DNA from: Flaccisagitta enflata
Lineage: Eukaryota
DNA: 64,000 bases
Direction: 5' to 3'
Assembly (NCBI GenBank): GCA_965153355.1
Contig: OZ231126.1
Span: 33,728,001 to 33,792,000, forward strand
Positions 1-16,183 of the stretch are shown here, piece after piece (position 1 is the first letter of the stretch; every line of letters starts with the position of its first letter). Below the pieces are notes generated by a model. That model searched no databases. It saw only the letters and a list, made by a program, of their open reading frames with translations, and was not told the origin of the DNA. The position numbers were made by a program, and so were the translations under genes.

Positions 1-698
1 TAGAAGAATCTCTACAGTAGACTGGGCCATAGAACTAATCAGCTAGTACTATGAAATACGAAAAGAAATCTTAAAGCTAGGCCACAATTTAGATTTCTCT
101 TGCCTTCCAAATGATAAAGTTGTATAAACTGCATTATACATAAAGATGAAAAAAACCGTAAGTTATTTCTCATGTATGACATTTTCAGTGGGGGCGAGAG
201 AGGGGGACATCTCCATATAGTATGGGGGCCCAGGGTTCAGGGGGTACCGGGGGTCCTGAGATAGGAGAAATAAAAATTGAAAGAAAAAAGAAAGAAAAAG
301 AAGAAAAAAAGGTATAAACAAGAAACAAAAAGTTAAGAAAAAAGCTTCATTTGAGTCAAATCAAAACCAGTACATTTAGAAGTCCCAGCTTTTTGAAGAT
401 TCATTTCACTTTTAAACAAGAATGGAATCAAATCAAGATAAGGCCTCTCTAAAGATGGCAAACAATTTTTTTAATAAACTAAAAATTTATACGGATATTC
501 TAATGTGTAATTTCATTATTAGAAATTTGACCGCTAAAAACTGAATATGTGGATAGTGGAAAGGGGGGGGGAGGATTAGTGGGGGGATGGCCAAGGGGGC
601 CAGTGCAGTAGGGGGGCCTGCCATTTCTCTCGCTGTTGGATATTCCTATAACATTTCTCATTTACATGTATCCTCTCTTCCCTTTGTATCGCCATCAG

Positions 699-1004
699 GT
701 TTCCATATTCGACTTTTCCTCGGATCACAAAACGGCGTTGGCCAAGCTCTTGATGGTTTTCCTGGCTTTTTGTCGAGAGCAGCCTCGAAATCAGATCGAC
801 GAGAGATCGAAAAAAATCGATAATGCAACTCAACTCAATTCGCGAGGACCGACTCTCGCTGATGCAGGAAATGATCCATTATTCAGCGCGATGGAAAGAC
901 AAAGAATCAAAAAACTTTGGAGTCAAATTCGAAAAGATCAATGCCTCATACAAAAAGTTCTGAGGGCTTGGTTCATCGCTGCACCAGCGTTAAGGCAGAA
1001 AGTA

Positions 1005-1053
<49 letters not shown>

Positions 1054-1334
1054 ATTGTTACTGTTGTAGTTGTTGTTCTTGTTCTTGTTCCTGTTACACC
1101 CAGGCTCAGACATAGTTGTTGTTGTTGTTGTTGTTGTTGTTGTCGCTGTTGCTGTTGTTGTTATTTTTGTTGCACCCGAGCTCAGGCAAAGTTTGTTGTT
1201 GTTGTTTCTTTGTTGTTGTTTTTGTTGTTGTTGGTGTTATTTTTATTGTTGCTGTCGTCCTCGTTGTTGTTGATATAGAGGTGGCGTTTTTGTTTTGTTT
1301 TTGTTGTTTCTTTGTCTTCGTCGTCGTCGTCGTT

Positions 1335-1373
<39 letters not shown>

Positions 1374-2048
1374 GAGCTGTATCGTCGTATTGTTTCTGTT
1401 GTTGTAGTCATATTTGTTGTTGCTATTGTTACTACCTGAGGTTAATCTCTTATTGATCCGCATAAGGTGATCCTGCCAAGAAAGATCAAATCCTCGTCCT
1501 TTGTGGAAATTCTGGAATCTTCTGAATTTCTTGACCGTTTCCGTTATCTGTTCCCGCTTCTCAACGTCGTCGTCGACAAAGTCGACTTGACAGCATCAGA
1601 GAGTCTAGTCGACGCCATCATCAACTTCGACGTCGAGATTCGATCCTGTTTCGTCAACTTCCGTCACGAAGAATTTCGAGTTTTTACCGACGCCCTCGTC
1701 AGTTGTCTCCGTCAGAAGGTGCTCTCGACGCCTTCGAAAGAGAACCCAAAGAAGATGCGAGATGCGGACGCGGAGCGCCTCGTCGACGAATTAGAAGCCT
1801 TTGGAAAATTCCTGGACTTCTTGGAGGAAGCGATGGACGACCGGCTGCGGGCAATGGAGGCGAAAAGATGGCAGTGGGCGAGGCTCGTTGATGAAAAGCA
1901 GAAGCAATTTGTGGAGGATGAGCGGAAGAAGCTAGTTGTAGAGGAGGATGAGAAGGGAGAAAGCCAACGAGGAAAGAAAGACGGGAGAGGCGATCACGAA
2001 AGGGAAAATGTTAGAAAACAAGATGGAAATCGGAAAGAGCATCTGCTG

Positions 2049-2085
<37 letters not shown>

Positions 2086-4393
2086 TAGAACAGCCGCGTA
2101 ATTCTCCTAGTGATGAGATAGAAACGAAATCCAATTATAGGGAAGCGGGCCCTCTTTTACAAAAGACATCCAATGAGAATTGCAATATTAACAATGACGT
2201 AAATAGTACTGAGGCTCAGCGAAGTCAATCCGACAACGTCACCAATAACGCCATGAATCAGGACAACAACGAAAACCTCGCCGTCTTCGCCAATTACGCC
2301 AACGTGTTTGAATCGATGGAATGGGGAATGAAGAAAAAAGACTGCGGAGCAAAGGACTGTCCTAGAAATGGTCAGCAGCAGTCGCCGCAGCAGCAGCAGC
2401 AGACGTTTGAAGGAGGACCGAATGGTGGCGCCGCATCTACGGTTCCTGATGCATTTCATGGTTTCTCCGGTGCACGTCTCTGTCTAGATTTCGATGTCTT
2501 GAAAACTGCGATTGGCGATCGATTAAGAGTGGCCAGTGCGGATGTTCATGATTCAGGAGGAGGAGGAGGTGGAGCCGGGCTACGCGACAGGGTTGGAGGT
2601 ATGCATGTTTTCACTCTCGTCCATCCGTGTGTCTTTTTCCTTGAATCTAATTGTTTGTGTGCGACAAAGCACCTCTATAACTGGCTGTGTCTGTTGGTTG
2701 GTCGGTCTGTTGGTCGGGTAACGCATTCGTTCGACGATCCACATGTTGCACCTTATTGGCCTACTTGTCCTTGTTCAAGTATAGTCAAACGAAAACCTGG
2801 ATTCTTAGACAAATTAGCATTTCTTGATACAGATGACCTTCATTCGTGGACGGTGATTCCAAATCCTGCTTTGCTCCTTTGTGCCACGCGAGATGGGCAC
2901 GTTCCGGGAATGACATCCGGTGGCGTCACGAGAAGTCAAGACGGCGCCATAAATGCACCTACATCCGGTTTTGCGGGGCAAGGTCAAAAATGGTCAAGTT
3001 TCGAAGCAGATCAAGTGACGTCGGGAAACATGTTCCCTATGGCAACCAAACAGCGCCAATCCGGCAACAGCGACAGCATCTTCCTACAAGAGACCGCCAA
3101 AGACATTGTCAATGCAGCCGTTACACACGCCGTCAATCAATATGAAGGGGAACAAATTGTCGTCCAGCAACAAATGTCAGGACCATCTTGGAAACAAGAA
3201 TCATCGCAACGCGCCTCGGCTGAAAATAATCAACGACAATCATGGAACCAAGAACCACCTCAAGTGTCGAGTAGTCAATCTCCGATCGGACTCGCATCCT
3301 CGAGGGAAATGAATATGGGTCAAGAGAGGCCAAGTGACGTTGGAGTAATCGACCGAGCGCCGTCCCCACTCATCACCAAAGAGGCTACGGCCGCGAAATC
3401 AAATTCGCCGCTAACGAAGCAACCGACGAGTAGCGGAGTCTTGAAGAACACCGAAAGTGGGGCATCGCCGGGATTTCCCACCGTCCCTCCCATCACCGGC
3501 GACGCTACCAACTGCCCAGCCAGTAGCTGCAGCGCCGCAAAAGCAGAAAAGATCAAGGAGATTTTCCAAATGGTCGCCGCGGAATTGGCGGAAATCGTCT
3601 GTTCCTGTCAAACGGCGCCGACTTCAGCGCCAGCGGCGACGGCGTCTTCTTCTGCGAGGACGACCGCGTCCAGCGCCGCCGTGAATGAAGAATTTGATAG
3701 AACTCTGAATAGACAAGTGAGTTTCGGACGAGATGTTCGAGGTCTGTCCTGGGAAGAAGTGAATAGAGAAGCGAAGAATCCATCTGGTGGCGGGATGGTT
3801 GGTAATAACCGATCGAGAAATTCGAGCGGAGCGATGGGGGAAAATTTGGAGGAAGATATGATTGGAGGAAGGCGTTATGACCAGAATTGGAACGAAAATG
3901 CGACAGCGTTTGATTCTGTGGGGAGAATAAAGAAAATGGATGGAGATCGGAGAAATGCGGGGAAAGAGGGAAGGAAAAAAGATAACGCGACAACGAGAGT
4001 AAGAGATTCGAGACAAGCGTCGGCTCGCGCAGCGGCTCGCGATGAGTCACGTGACACTCACGTCAAGGAATCAACAAAAGTAGAAGATGAAAACGTGACG
4101 ACAGAAAAAGAAAGAAAACTTGGAATAGAAGAAGAGAGTCAGGCAGAAAAGGCGGATGAAAGTCAAGCGGACGAATTCTTCGCGTCGCTTTTTGACATTT
4201 ACATGAAGAAAATGAAAAAGACGGAAAAAGAAAAGTTGTTGGACAGAGGGAAAAACGCAGGTGAGGAATGGAGGAGGAGATGAGTGAAAACGCACACAAA
4301 GAAAGGAGGAGAAGAGTGAAAACGCACACAAAGAAAGGAGAAGAAGAATAAAAACTCACACAAAACCAACCTCCCTCACACACACACACACAC

Positions 4394-4481
<88 letters not shown>

Positions 4482-5462
4482 GAATTTGGATAGTGAAAAG
4501 GGAAAACCGTTCGCACCAAGTTTTTTGATCTCATAAATGTCTCATATGAATAATTCATGTTCACTATTGATATTTTTGTATTTCCATGAAATGTCATTCA
4601 AAAACCGCCATCATCTTTTTGCTCCCGCGGCGTGACAAAGATTCAGCGGAGATCAAAGGCGAGGCCAACGACCGCAGATGCAAAGCAAAAGGGAAGAATA
4701 ACAACCATGGAAATCAAGGAAGGGATCATCGTCTTCGTCGTCGTCGTCGTCGTCATGGTGGCGAGAGCGAAGGAAACACCCGCGGAGATGTGAACAAAAA
4801 TAACAACAGCGCCGATTGTTGCGTTTGTCCACCTGGTGAGGTCACGTTTTATTTCTTTCTTTTATCTTTTATGCGCGTCCCCGCCTTCCTGTTATGTCTG
4901 TCCAGCCGTTAGTTGGTCTGTCGGTCGCCGGTCGGTCCGTCCTTTTATTTCTCTTGCCCCCTGTTCATTCACTCTTTCAGCTTCTTACCTATCGCTAGAG
5001 GCGATGAATCATGATGTATACACTGTATGTGACTAGTTTTTGGTTGTAATAAATACATTGAAATGTGAGAAGCATGTCAAAATTATATTGGATTTTAATA
5101 TTGTAGCTGTGCGCAATTCTTGCCAATGCAAGCCGCCGACGCCGCCGGTGCCGGATACGCATCCGTGCTGCTGCCTGGAGGCGGAATGCGGATGTCCAAC
5201 GGACGACACTGATTGGATGCCGCCAGAAGATGAGTACGCCAGCGACGTCATCGACGGCGCTGCAGCGGCGCCTGAATGCCGCTGCGACGACGATTGCGAC
5301 TGCGACAACGCCGTCCTTCGGAGTGGCAAAGACTCGGCGTCATCGGATTGTCAATGCGGTCCTCAATGCGAATGCGACGGGGAAGAGGAGGTGGAGGGAG
5401 GAGAAGGAAGAGCCACTACGGGAGGAGACGTCTCTTCGAAAATTATGATGATGGTAATCTGA
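699..5462 (+). CDS. Partial (5'-truncated) spliced gene: degenerate globin-like domain(s), a long disordered Q/S/E/K-rich region and a Cys-rich acidic C-terminus. Exons 699-1001, 1467-2598, 2833-4260, 4641(or 4647)-4835, 5107-5462
   Basis: Splice sites are phase-compatible: catcag|699; 1001|gtatgt...taag|1467 (phase 0); 2598|gtatgc...atacag|2833 (phase 1); 4260|gtgagg...aaag|4641 (phase 1); 4835|gtgagg...ttgtag|5107 (phase 1); TGA at 5460-5462. Helical motifs FSAMERQRIKKLWSQI, WFIAAPAL, FRHEEFRVFTDALVSCL and ELEAFGKFLDFLEEAM resemble globin A, B/C, G and H helices. The exon structure is better supported than the globin call. Confidence 0.65.
1004..1432. repeat. Compound (GTT)n/(TTG)n microsatellite filling the intron
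   Basis: Long runs of tgttgttgt; these explain the poly-C, poly-V and poly-N ORFs in the track. Confidence 0.95.
2655..2775 (+). mobile_element. Short Helentron/DINE-like non-autonomous element inside a 234-bp intron
   Basis: The sequence ...cctctataactggc...gtaacgcattcgttcgacgatccaca...caccttattggcctactt..ccttgtt recurs at about 43862-43985. Confidence 0.7.
4377..4480. repeat. (CA)n microsatellite
   Basis: Read directly from the sequence. Confidence 0.95.
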
Positions 5463-6096
5463 TCTTTGTAGATGAGTGATTTCTATCATTTCTTCTATTC
5501 TTCGTAACTATAAGCGAGAGGTTAGCTCATTTGTACCTAATGTCTTTCTTCCTCGTCCCTCTCTGCCCACTACTACTGTATGCCCGCAGAGGCTTGTTGG
5601 TGTTTTTTTTTAACTTTTTTTCATCACCGACAAGAATAGCCGATTGACATTTTGTGTGCTCTACATGATTGTAGGAATTGGTCAATGCCTTTTACTCGAA
5701 TATGTTGGCGGTTCAAAGTGGGGAAGTGGATCCAAAACGAAGTTACGATTTAGAAGACTATTTCAAGAATGAAAACAAACTCTTTCTTGGTTAACTAATA
5801 ACCAGCGCTATCAGTAAATGCCATGGATGTTAAAATAGCAAAGACAAAAAAAATAATAGACGATAGAATTTAATTTCATTGTAATAGCAGTAAATAACGC
5901 ATGGAGTAGGATGAAATTGGTAATGTAAGTAGAGTAGATGTTAATCGTAACCGGATAAAAGGCGCGAGCCAGGCTGTGAACTGTATTTTCACCCTTGACC
6001 TTTGTCGATATCCGATTACGGATTTTATATAAATGCAATAAAGAATTTAGAACGATTCTTCTCAATTTTTTCTTTGGCGTTAAGACAAAGGAGGTT

Positions 6097-10884
<4,788 letters not shown>

Positions 10885-11157
10885 CAATAATCCGACAGAT
10901 AATGCCTTGTCATTCTGTTTTTTGTACCTTACGACTTTTCTTATTGATAAAGGATAGTTGTGAGGGATCCGAATTAAGCACCATTGAGACTGAGAGTTCC
11001 CAAGACCCTCATCCTTTGTTTTTGATCTACTTTTTTTAAAAAAAGCAATGTTGTCCCAAGTCATGTACATCATGATGAACCGCAAAAGCTTTGTTTCTTT
11101 GTTTTTCTCGAGGGCAAGCGATCGAGTGTAGTCAGGTGTCATACTCGTGTTTCTCCT

Positions 11158-11870
11158 TTTGGGCAGCGGCCCCGAAGGGGCCGATGACCTATGCTTTCAC
11201 ACAGGGGAAATTTCTCCTTCTCCTTCATCTTCTTCTCCTACGTCCCCCCCCCCCGGCCTTGGGACCCAAATCCTAGCTTCAAGACCCAAATCCTAGCTTC
11301 AAGGCTCAAATCCTAGTCTCGAGGCTCAAATCCCAGTCTCGAGGCTCAAATCCCAGTCTCGAGGCTCAAATCCCAGTCTTGAGGATCAAATCCCAGCCTT
11401 GAGGCTCAAATCCCAGTCTTGAGGCTCAAATCCCAGCCTGGGGCTCCAACCCCAGTCTTGAGGCTCAAATCCCAGCCTCAAGGCCCAAATCCCAGCCTCG
11501 AGGCCCAAATCCCAGCCTCTTGGCTCAAATCCCAGCCTCTTGGCTCAAATCCCAGCCTCTTGGCTCAATTCCCAGCCTTGAGGCTCAAATTCCAGCCTTG
11601 AGTCTCAAATCCTAGTCTTAAGGCCCAAATCCTAGTGTCGAGCCTCAAATCCCAGCCTCAAAGCTCAAATCCCAGCCTCAAGGCTCAAATCCCAGTCTCA
11701 AGGCCCCAATTACAGCCTCCAGACCCTAATCCCAGCCTTGAGGCTCAAATAAAAACAGCATAGGTCATCGGCCCCTTCGGGGCCGCTGCCCCTCTAACCA
11801 CCACACACCCACACACTCTCATAGGGGCAACGGGTACCGCTGACCATCTAACGCTTTTGCGACTATTCTC
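11158..11870 (+). mobile_element. Non-autonomous element with inverted subterminal repeats and a 21-bp tandem array (GAGGCTCAAATCCCAGYCTY-like). Family members also at ~17540-17845, ~19620-20052, ~22284-22805, ~47366-48412, ~55222-55740
   Basis: gggcagcggccccgaaggggccgatgacctatgct (11161) is inverted to agcataggtcatcggccccttcggggccgctgccc (11757). About 23 tandem units lie between 11260 and 11750, and copies share the tail ggtaccgctgaccat. Confidence 0.75.
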
Positions 11871-12155
11871 TAAGCGCTGTATGGCTGAGCGACTTTTGTT
11901 TTTGCTACTCTTTTCAGTTAATAAGGACCAGTAAAATTTATCTAAGGCTGGGACCTCCTGAATTTTTTGCAGATTTAAGGCTGAAGTATGTCTTTAATAA
12001 AGAGGAAAAAAGTTGTTAATGCTGAGAGAAAGAGAATACATAGATTTCAAGAATCATCACCAGGTGCAAAGTTCTGGGTAAATTGTTCATTTCTCCAGAG
12101 GAGCGCCTGTCCTTATAGAAGATTAATGTTTCTGGTTTATCTTTGGATTTGCTCT

Positions 12156-13020
12156 TTATCTTCTTCTCAGTACATCTTGTAGGATTCTTGTTGATCCAAG
12201 CAGGCAGATTTTTTGCCACATAAATTGGTCGGGGCACCCAGGAATTTTTGTCAGTCTGTCAGATAGATTCATAGTGACAGCGCCAAGTCCCCCAATCACC
12301 ACCGGGATAATATCTGCATTTGTGCCCCACATCTTCTCAAGATCAACTTGGAGGGGGACCATATTTCGATATTTTTTCCATTCTCCTTCTTCCCAACATT
12401 TGTGTCCACTGGACAGGATATATCTGTTATGAACATTTTTTTGTTGATTTTGCCCTTGATTATGATGACAGGTCTATTGGCTCCAACAGGTCTCGCTGTT
12501 ACTATGGTTTGGTTGTACACAATTTCACATTTTTCAGATATGGTTACTTCAGGTGGATTGTGCATAAACCAATTCTCGTCCACTTGCAGTCCCAAGTGCT
12601 GGGAAGCCATGTAGTTTATGCACCTACAGATGTTGTTGTGTCTCGTGAAGTATTCACGTTTAACCAATACATCACATGCACCTAGAATATGGAAGATTGT
12701 TTCTGGGTCTTTTTTGCACATGCGACATCTGTCATCACTGCTTTTCAAAATATGTTTTTCGTGGAACTTAGTAATTAAAGCCAATTCCTGTGCCCCACAG
12801 ACGCAACTTTCAGTGTGCGGGCTGAGGTGACATTTTTTTAACCAAGCCATGGATTGCTTCATATCTGCATCGCCCTCTTGGAGTTTATGGGTAAATGCAC
12901 TGTGTAGTGGTTTGGCAAGGTATGCATGGGATTGTGACTTCGTTATGGCATCTGACTGTTTTGGCTAACACTCTTGCCTGGGCCATAACGGATATATCAA
13001 AGAAATTTTTTGGGATTTCG
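12156..13020 (-). mobile_element. Degenerate, 5'-truncated non-LTR retrotransposon of the RLE type (R4/Dong-like): CCHC zinc knuckle plus restriction-like endonuclease, frameshifted
   Basis: CRMCKKDPETIFHILGAC knuckle, RHN motif, a degenerate RPD motif (NRPVIII), ITDISCP, then a frameshift into DIIPVVIGGLGAV...QKICLLGSTRILQDVL*. Confidence 0.85.
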
Positions 13021-13024
13021 AGGT

Positions 13025-13127
<103 letters not shown>

Positions 13128-13710
13128 TCATCATAAACAAGCTGGATGAAAAGCTAGCATCACAAAAGTAAGAGTCAATATGCATAACATGTTGACTTAT
13201 CTTTTTCGTTACAGAGGGCCCTAAAAAAGGGATGAAAAATATTGATCTTCGGGAAAAATGCAAGAGATGCGGAAAAATAAACGCAAAGCACTATTTCGCC
13301 CCAAAAAATGACCAATTTTCTCAAACTTTCTCCATCATGAGAAAAAAAGAAATCCAAAAAGCTCTGCAGGTCTCAAAAAGCCAAAAGAAACTTTGTTCCT
13401 TCAACTTTATTCCAAATTATCCTTTTTTTTTAAAGATATATTTTTTAAATAAATTTTACAGAAATAATGAAAATCTGGAATACAAAACAAAATTTCCTCT
13501 GAATTCAAGGCTGGGGCTTATCCTTAAAATGTCATTAAATTTTATCAAAATTTCAGCCTCATGTCCTTTTAAACTTTGTCCTAATTTAATAAAAAGAATT
13601 TAAAATGACAACTTTAGTCACAGACAGATGGGTGAGAAAGATAGAAACAAACAAACAAACAAACAAACGAACTAGGAAGAAAAACAGATAGAAAGAAGGA
13701 AAGATAGAAA

Positions 13711-13868
13711 TACACTTTTTATTTTTTATAAGAACTTAGTTTATAAGAACATCAAGCCTTGAAATTGCTCAAAAATTAAGAACGTTGTAGTTATTTTACT
13801 AATAGCTATCTCTATCTCTTTTGAAGGCTTCAGAAAAAAAAATGACGTTCTTATAAAAAAAAGTGTTA
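13711..13868. mobile_element. Small TA-flanked MITE; related copy at 55797-56231
   Basis: tacactttttatt...ataagaac and gttcttataaaaaaaagtg form inverted ends; the same end motif occurs at 55797 and 56231. Confidence 0.6.
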
Positions 13869-16183
13869 CTGATAAAAAGGTAGAATGGAAGAAAACAAGG
13901 CCGGATACACGATGACCTTAGTCACGGACAGGTGGGCAGGGGTAAGTAGAGCACTTTGGTAGGACGGTCAGGATCCCCCGTTAAAGATATTCTAATTTTT
14001 TTACACAGGGGTTCCAAAAAGGATGTAGAATCAGAATATGATATTCATTTTTATCAAAACGGAGCCAAGATTATTAGAAACATTTTTTTGTGCTAAAAAA
14101 TGTTATCTTTGCAATGAGTCGGGGAAAAAGTCGAAGTCAGTCTTCGACTTTTTGACATATTCGAGAAAAAACATGGTGTTCATTTTCTTCTGCAAAAGTT
14201 GAGTTGGTCCTACAAATAGTATAGGAAATATGGAACCGGGGGACATGAAAATAAAATTTGTTTCAATTTCAAGTGAACGACATGCTTCAGCCCTTGGTTT
14301 TTTCGCTAATCAAGCAAGCATAATGCTTGATGATACCTACACATATGATATATCAACCAAATGCCACGAGGGTAAGTCAAAAGCATGCAAAAAACGGTCT
14401 AAAAAGTCTTTTTTGGTTCTAGCGAGAGCTATGATATTTGTATGTTACCCAATCTAATATTGCGTAACTCTAAGAAGACATAGGAAGATTCCGAATTGAT
14501 AGAATATGTGATTTTGGAATTTGGACCAAAAAACCGCATAAAAATCGGATGTTGCGCACTGCTGCGCATTGCGTACATGTGTTAACTTTGCCGATTGAAA
14601 ATTCTATGCTTGCGCAGTGGCGAACTTTTATCGCGCGCGCAGACAATTCTTGCGTTTCATTCATGAAACTTGCGCTGATATACTTTTTATGAAATTACCA
14701 GTAATTGTGAACGAAAGTATACACTCCAGCATATCATTGGAAAGCTTATCACTCGAGGAATGCAATGGTACATACCGACATGAGCGGACACCATGTAAAA
14801 ATGAGCGTGCTTGTTCATAAGTGAGCGAGCTTGTCTGTAACTGAGCACACATGTTTCATAATGAGCGTAAACAATTTTTTGAGCAACTTAACACATTTGA
14901 GAGTAAGTCGGCAAAAATTGTAATCCCATTTGCTCATCATTGAGCAAGTTTGCTCAAAAATGAGCGAGTTTACTTGAAATTATGCAAAGATTCCAAAAAA
15001 TCCTCAGAAATAGTAAAAAATGAAAACTACTTTCTTCAAGTAAGTTTAAACCGATTAGGTTTTCTTAAAATGGCTTAATTGTACACTTTGCTCAAAATGA
15101 GCGAGTAAACACAAATGAGCGAATAGGCTCAAAATATGCGCTGTGTCTGTTCTTTAAAATGAGCCCACCTCTCTCTCTCAATCTTCCTCTCTCTCTCTTT
15201 TTTTTTTTTTTTTTTTTTTCTCCCTCACCACCCCCCTGTTTGTAAGCACACATTTTCTAAACAAATTAAGCTAATGACCTGAACTCTGCAAAAATACAAA
15301 AAACCGCATGGTAATATCATTCTTGTCTCAAACCTTTTATGAGACAGTAGTGCGGTAAAAAAAGAAAAGGGATAGAAGGATGTGACAGCAAGCCTGTTGC
15401 ACTCAGGTGTGAAGACAAAGATATTTTTCTTATTTTGTAGCCAAACAATTCGAGAGTTTCGAATAATATCCTCGTCAGCTTAACCGTCTTAGGACGAAGC
15501 AGCGTGTCAAGGCCTAAGGGAGTCCGACCAGATTGAACCGATTAGATTGAATTCCGGATCCCGCTGACAGGATCCGTTGGTCTTGGATGACATTCTCAGT
15601 TGAGGTACTTTTTGAATGTTTATGGGTATCAGACGAGGATGTGTAGATGAGGTCGGTGGTCACGTAGAAGTGAGAAAGCAATCGATTCTTATGAATCGAA
15701 TCCATCGACTGTTAATTTGATGTTTCCCATTTAGTGAGCGGGATAGTTTCATATTAAAGGCAAATTGGAAGCGGAAGCGGTGGAAGCGACATGAAAATTG
15801 AATTGAGGTCAATGAGAACAAGTCAGGGGAAATGATCGAGACTGGGTTAATTCTTCGACTTATATCGCCTATTACTCAAACAGCGGAGGAGGAAAAACCT
15901 GCTACTTGACATTCTGCGGGCAAAGCCGTTCGACCAGTCTTTCGTAATGGGAATTATACAAAAGAGAGAGAAAGAACGCATTTTTAGAGCATGCGTCTTC
16001 ATTCAATGGAAAATTTTCAAGGTTCAAGGTTCGAGATTTACAACCGAGGAAAATTTCATGGATCAAAATCGCGGCGTTTGTAACAAAGATAAAAGAATTA
16101 TAAGAATGCGAAGAGAATTGATAAATTTTCATCGGATATACAGTTGAAGTCAAAATAAGTAGAAAAAGCAAAGAAAAAGAAAT

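Noticed and set aside
1002-1466. Poly-Cys, poly-Val and poly-Asn ORFs, plus the many VCVC, ERER, SLSL and HTHT ORFs across the window
   Set aside because: Translations of microsatellites in introns or intergenic DNA.
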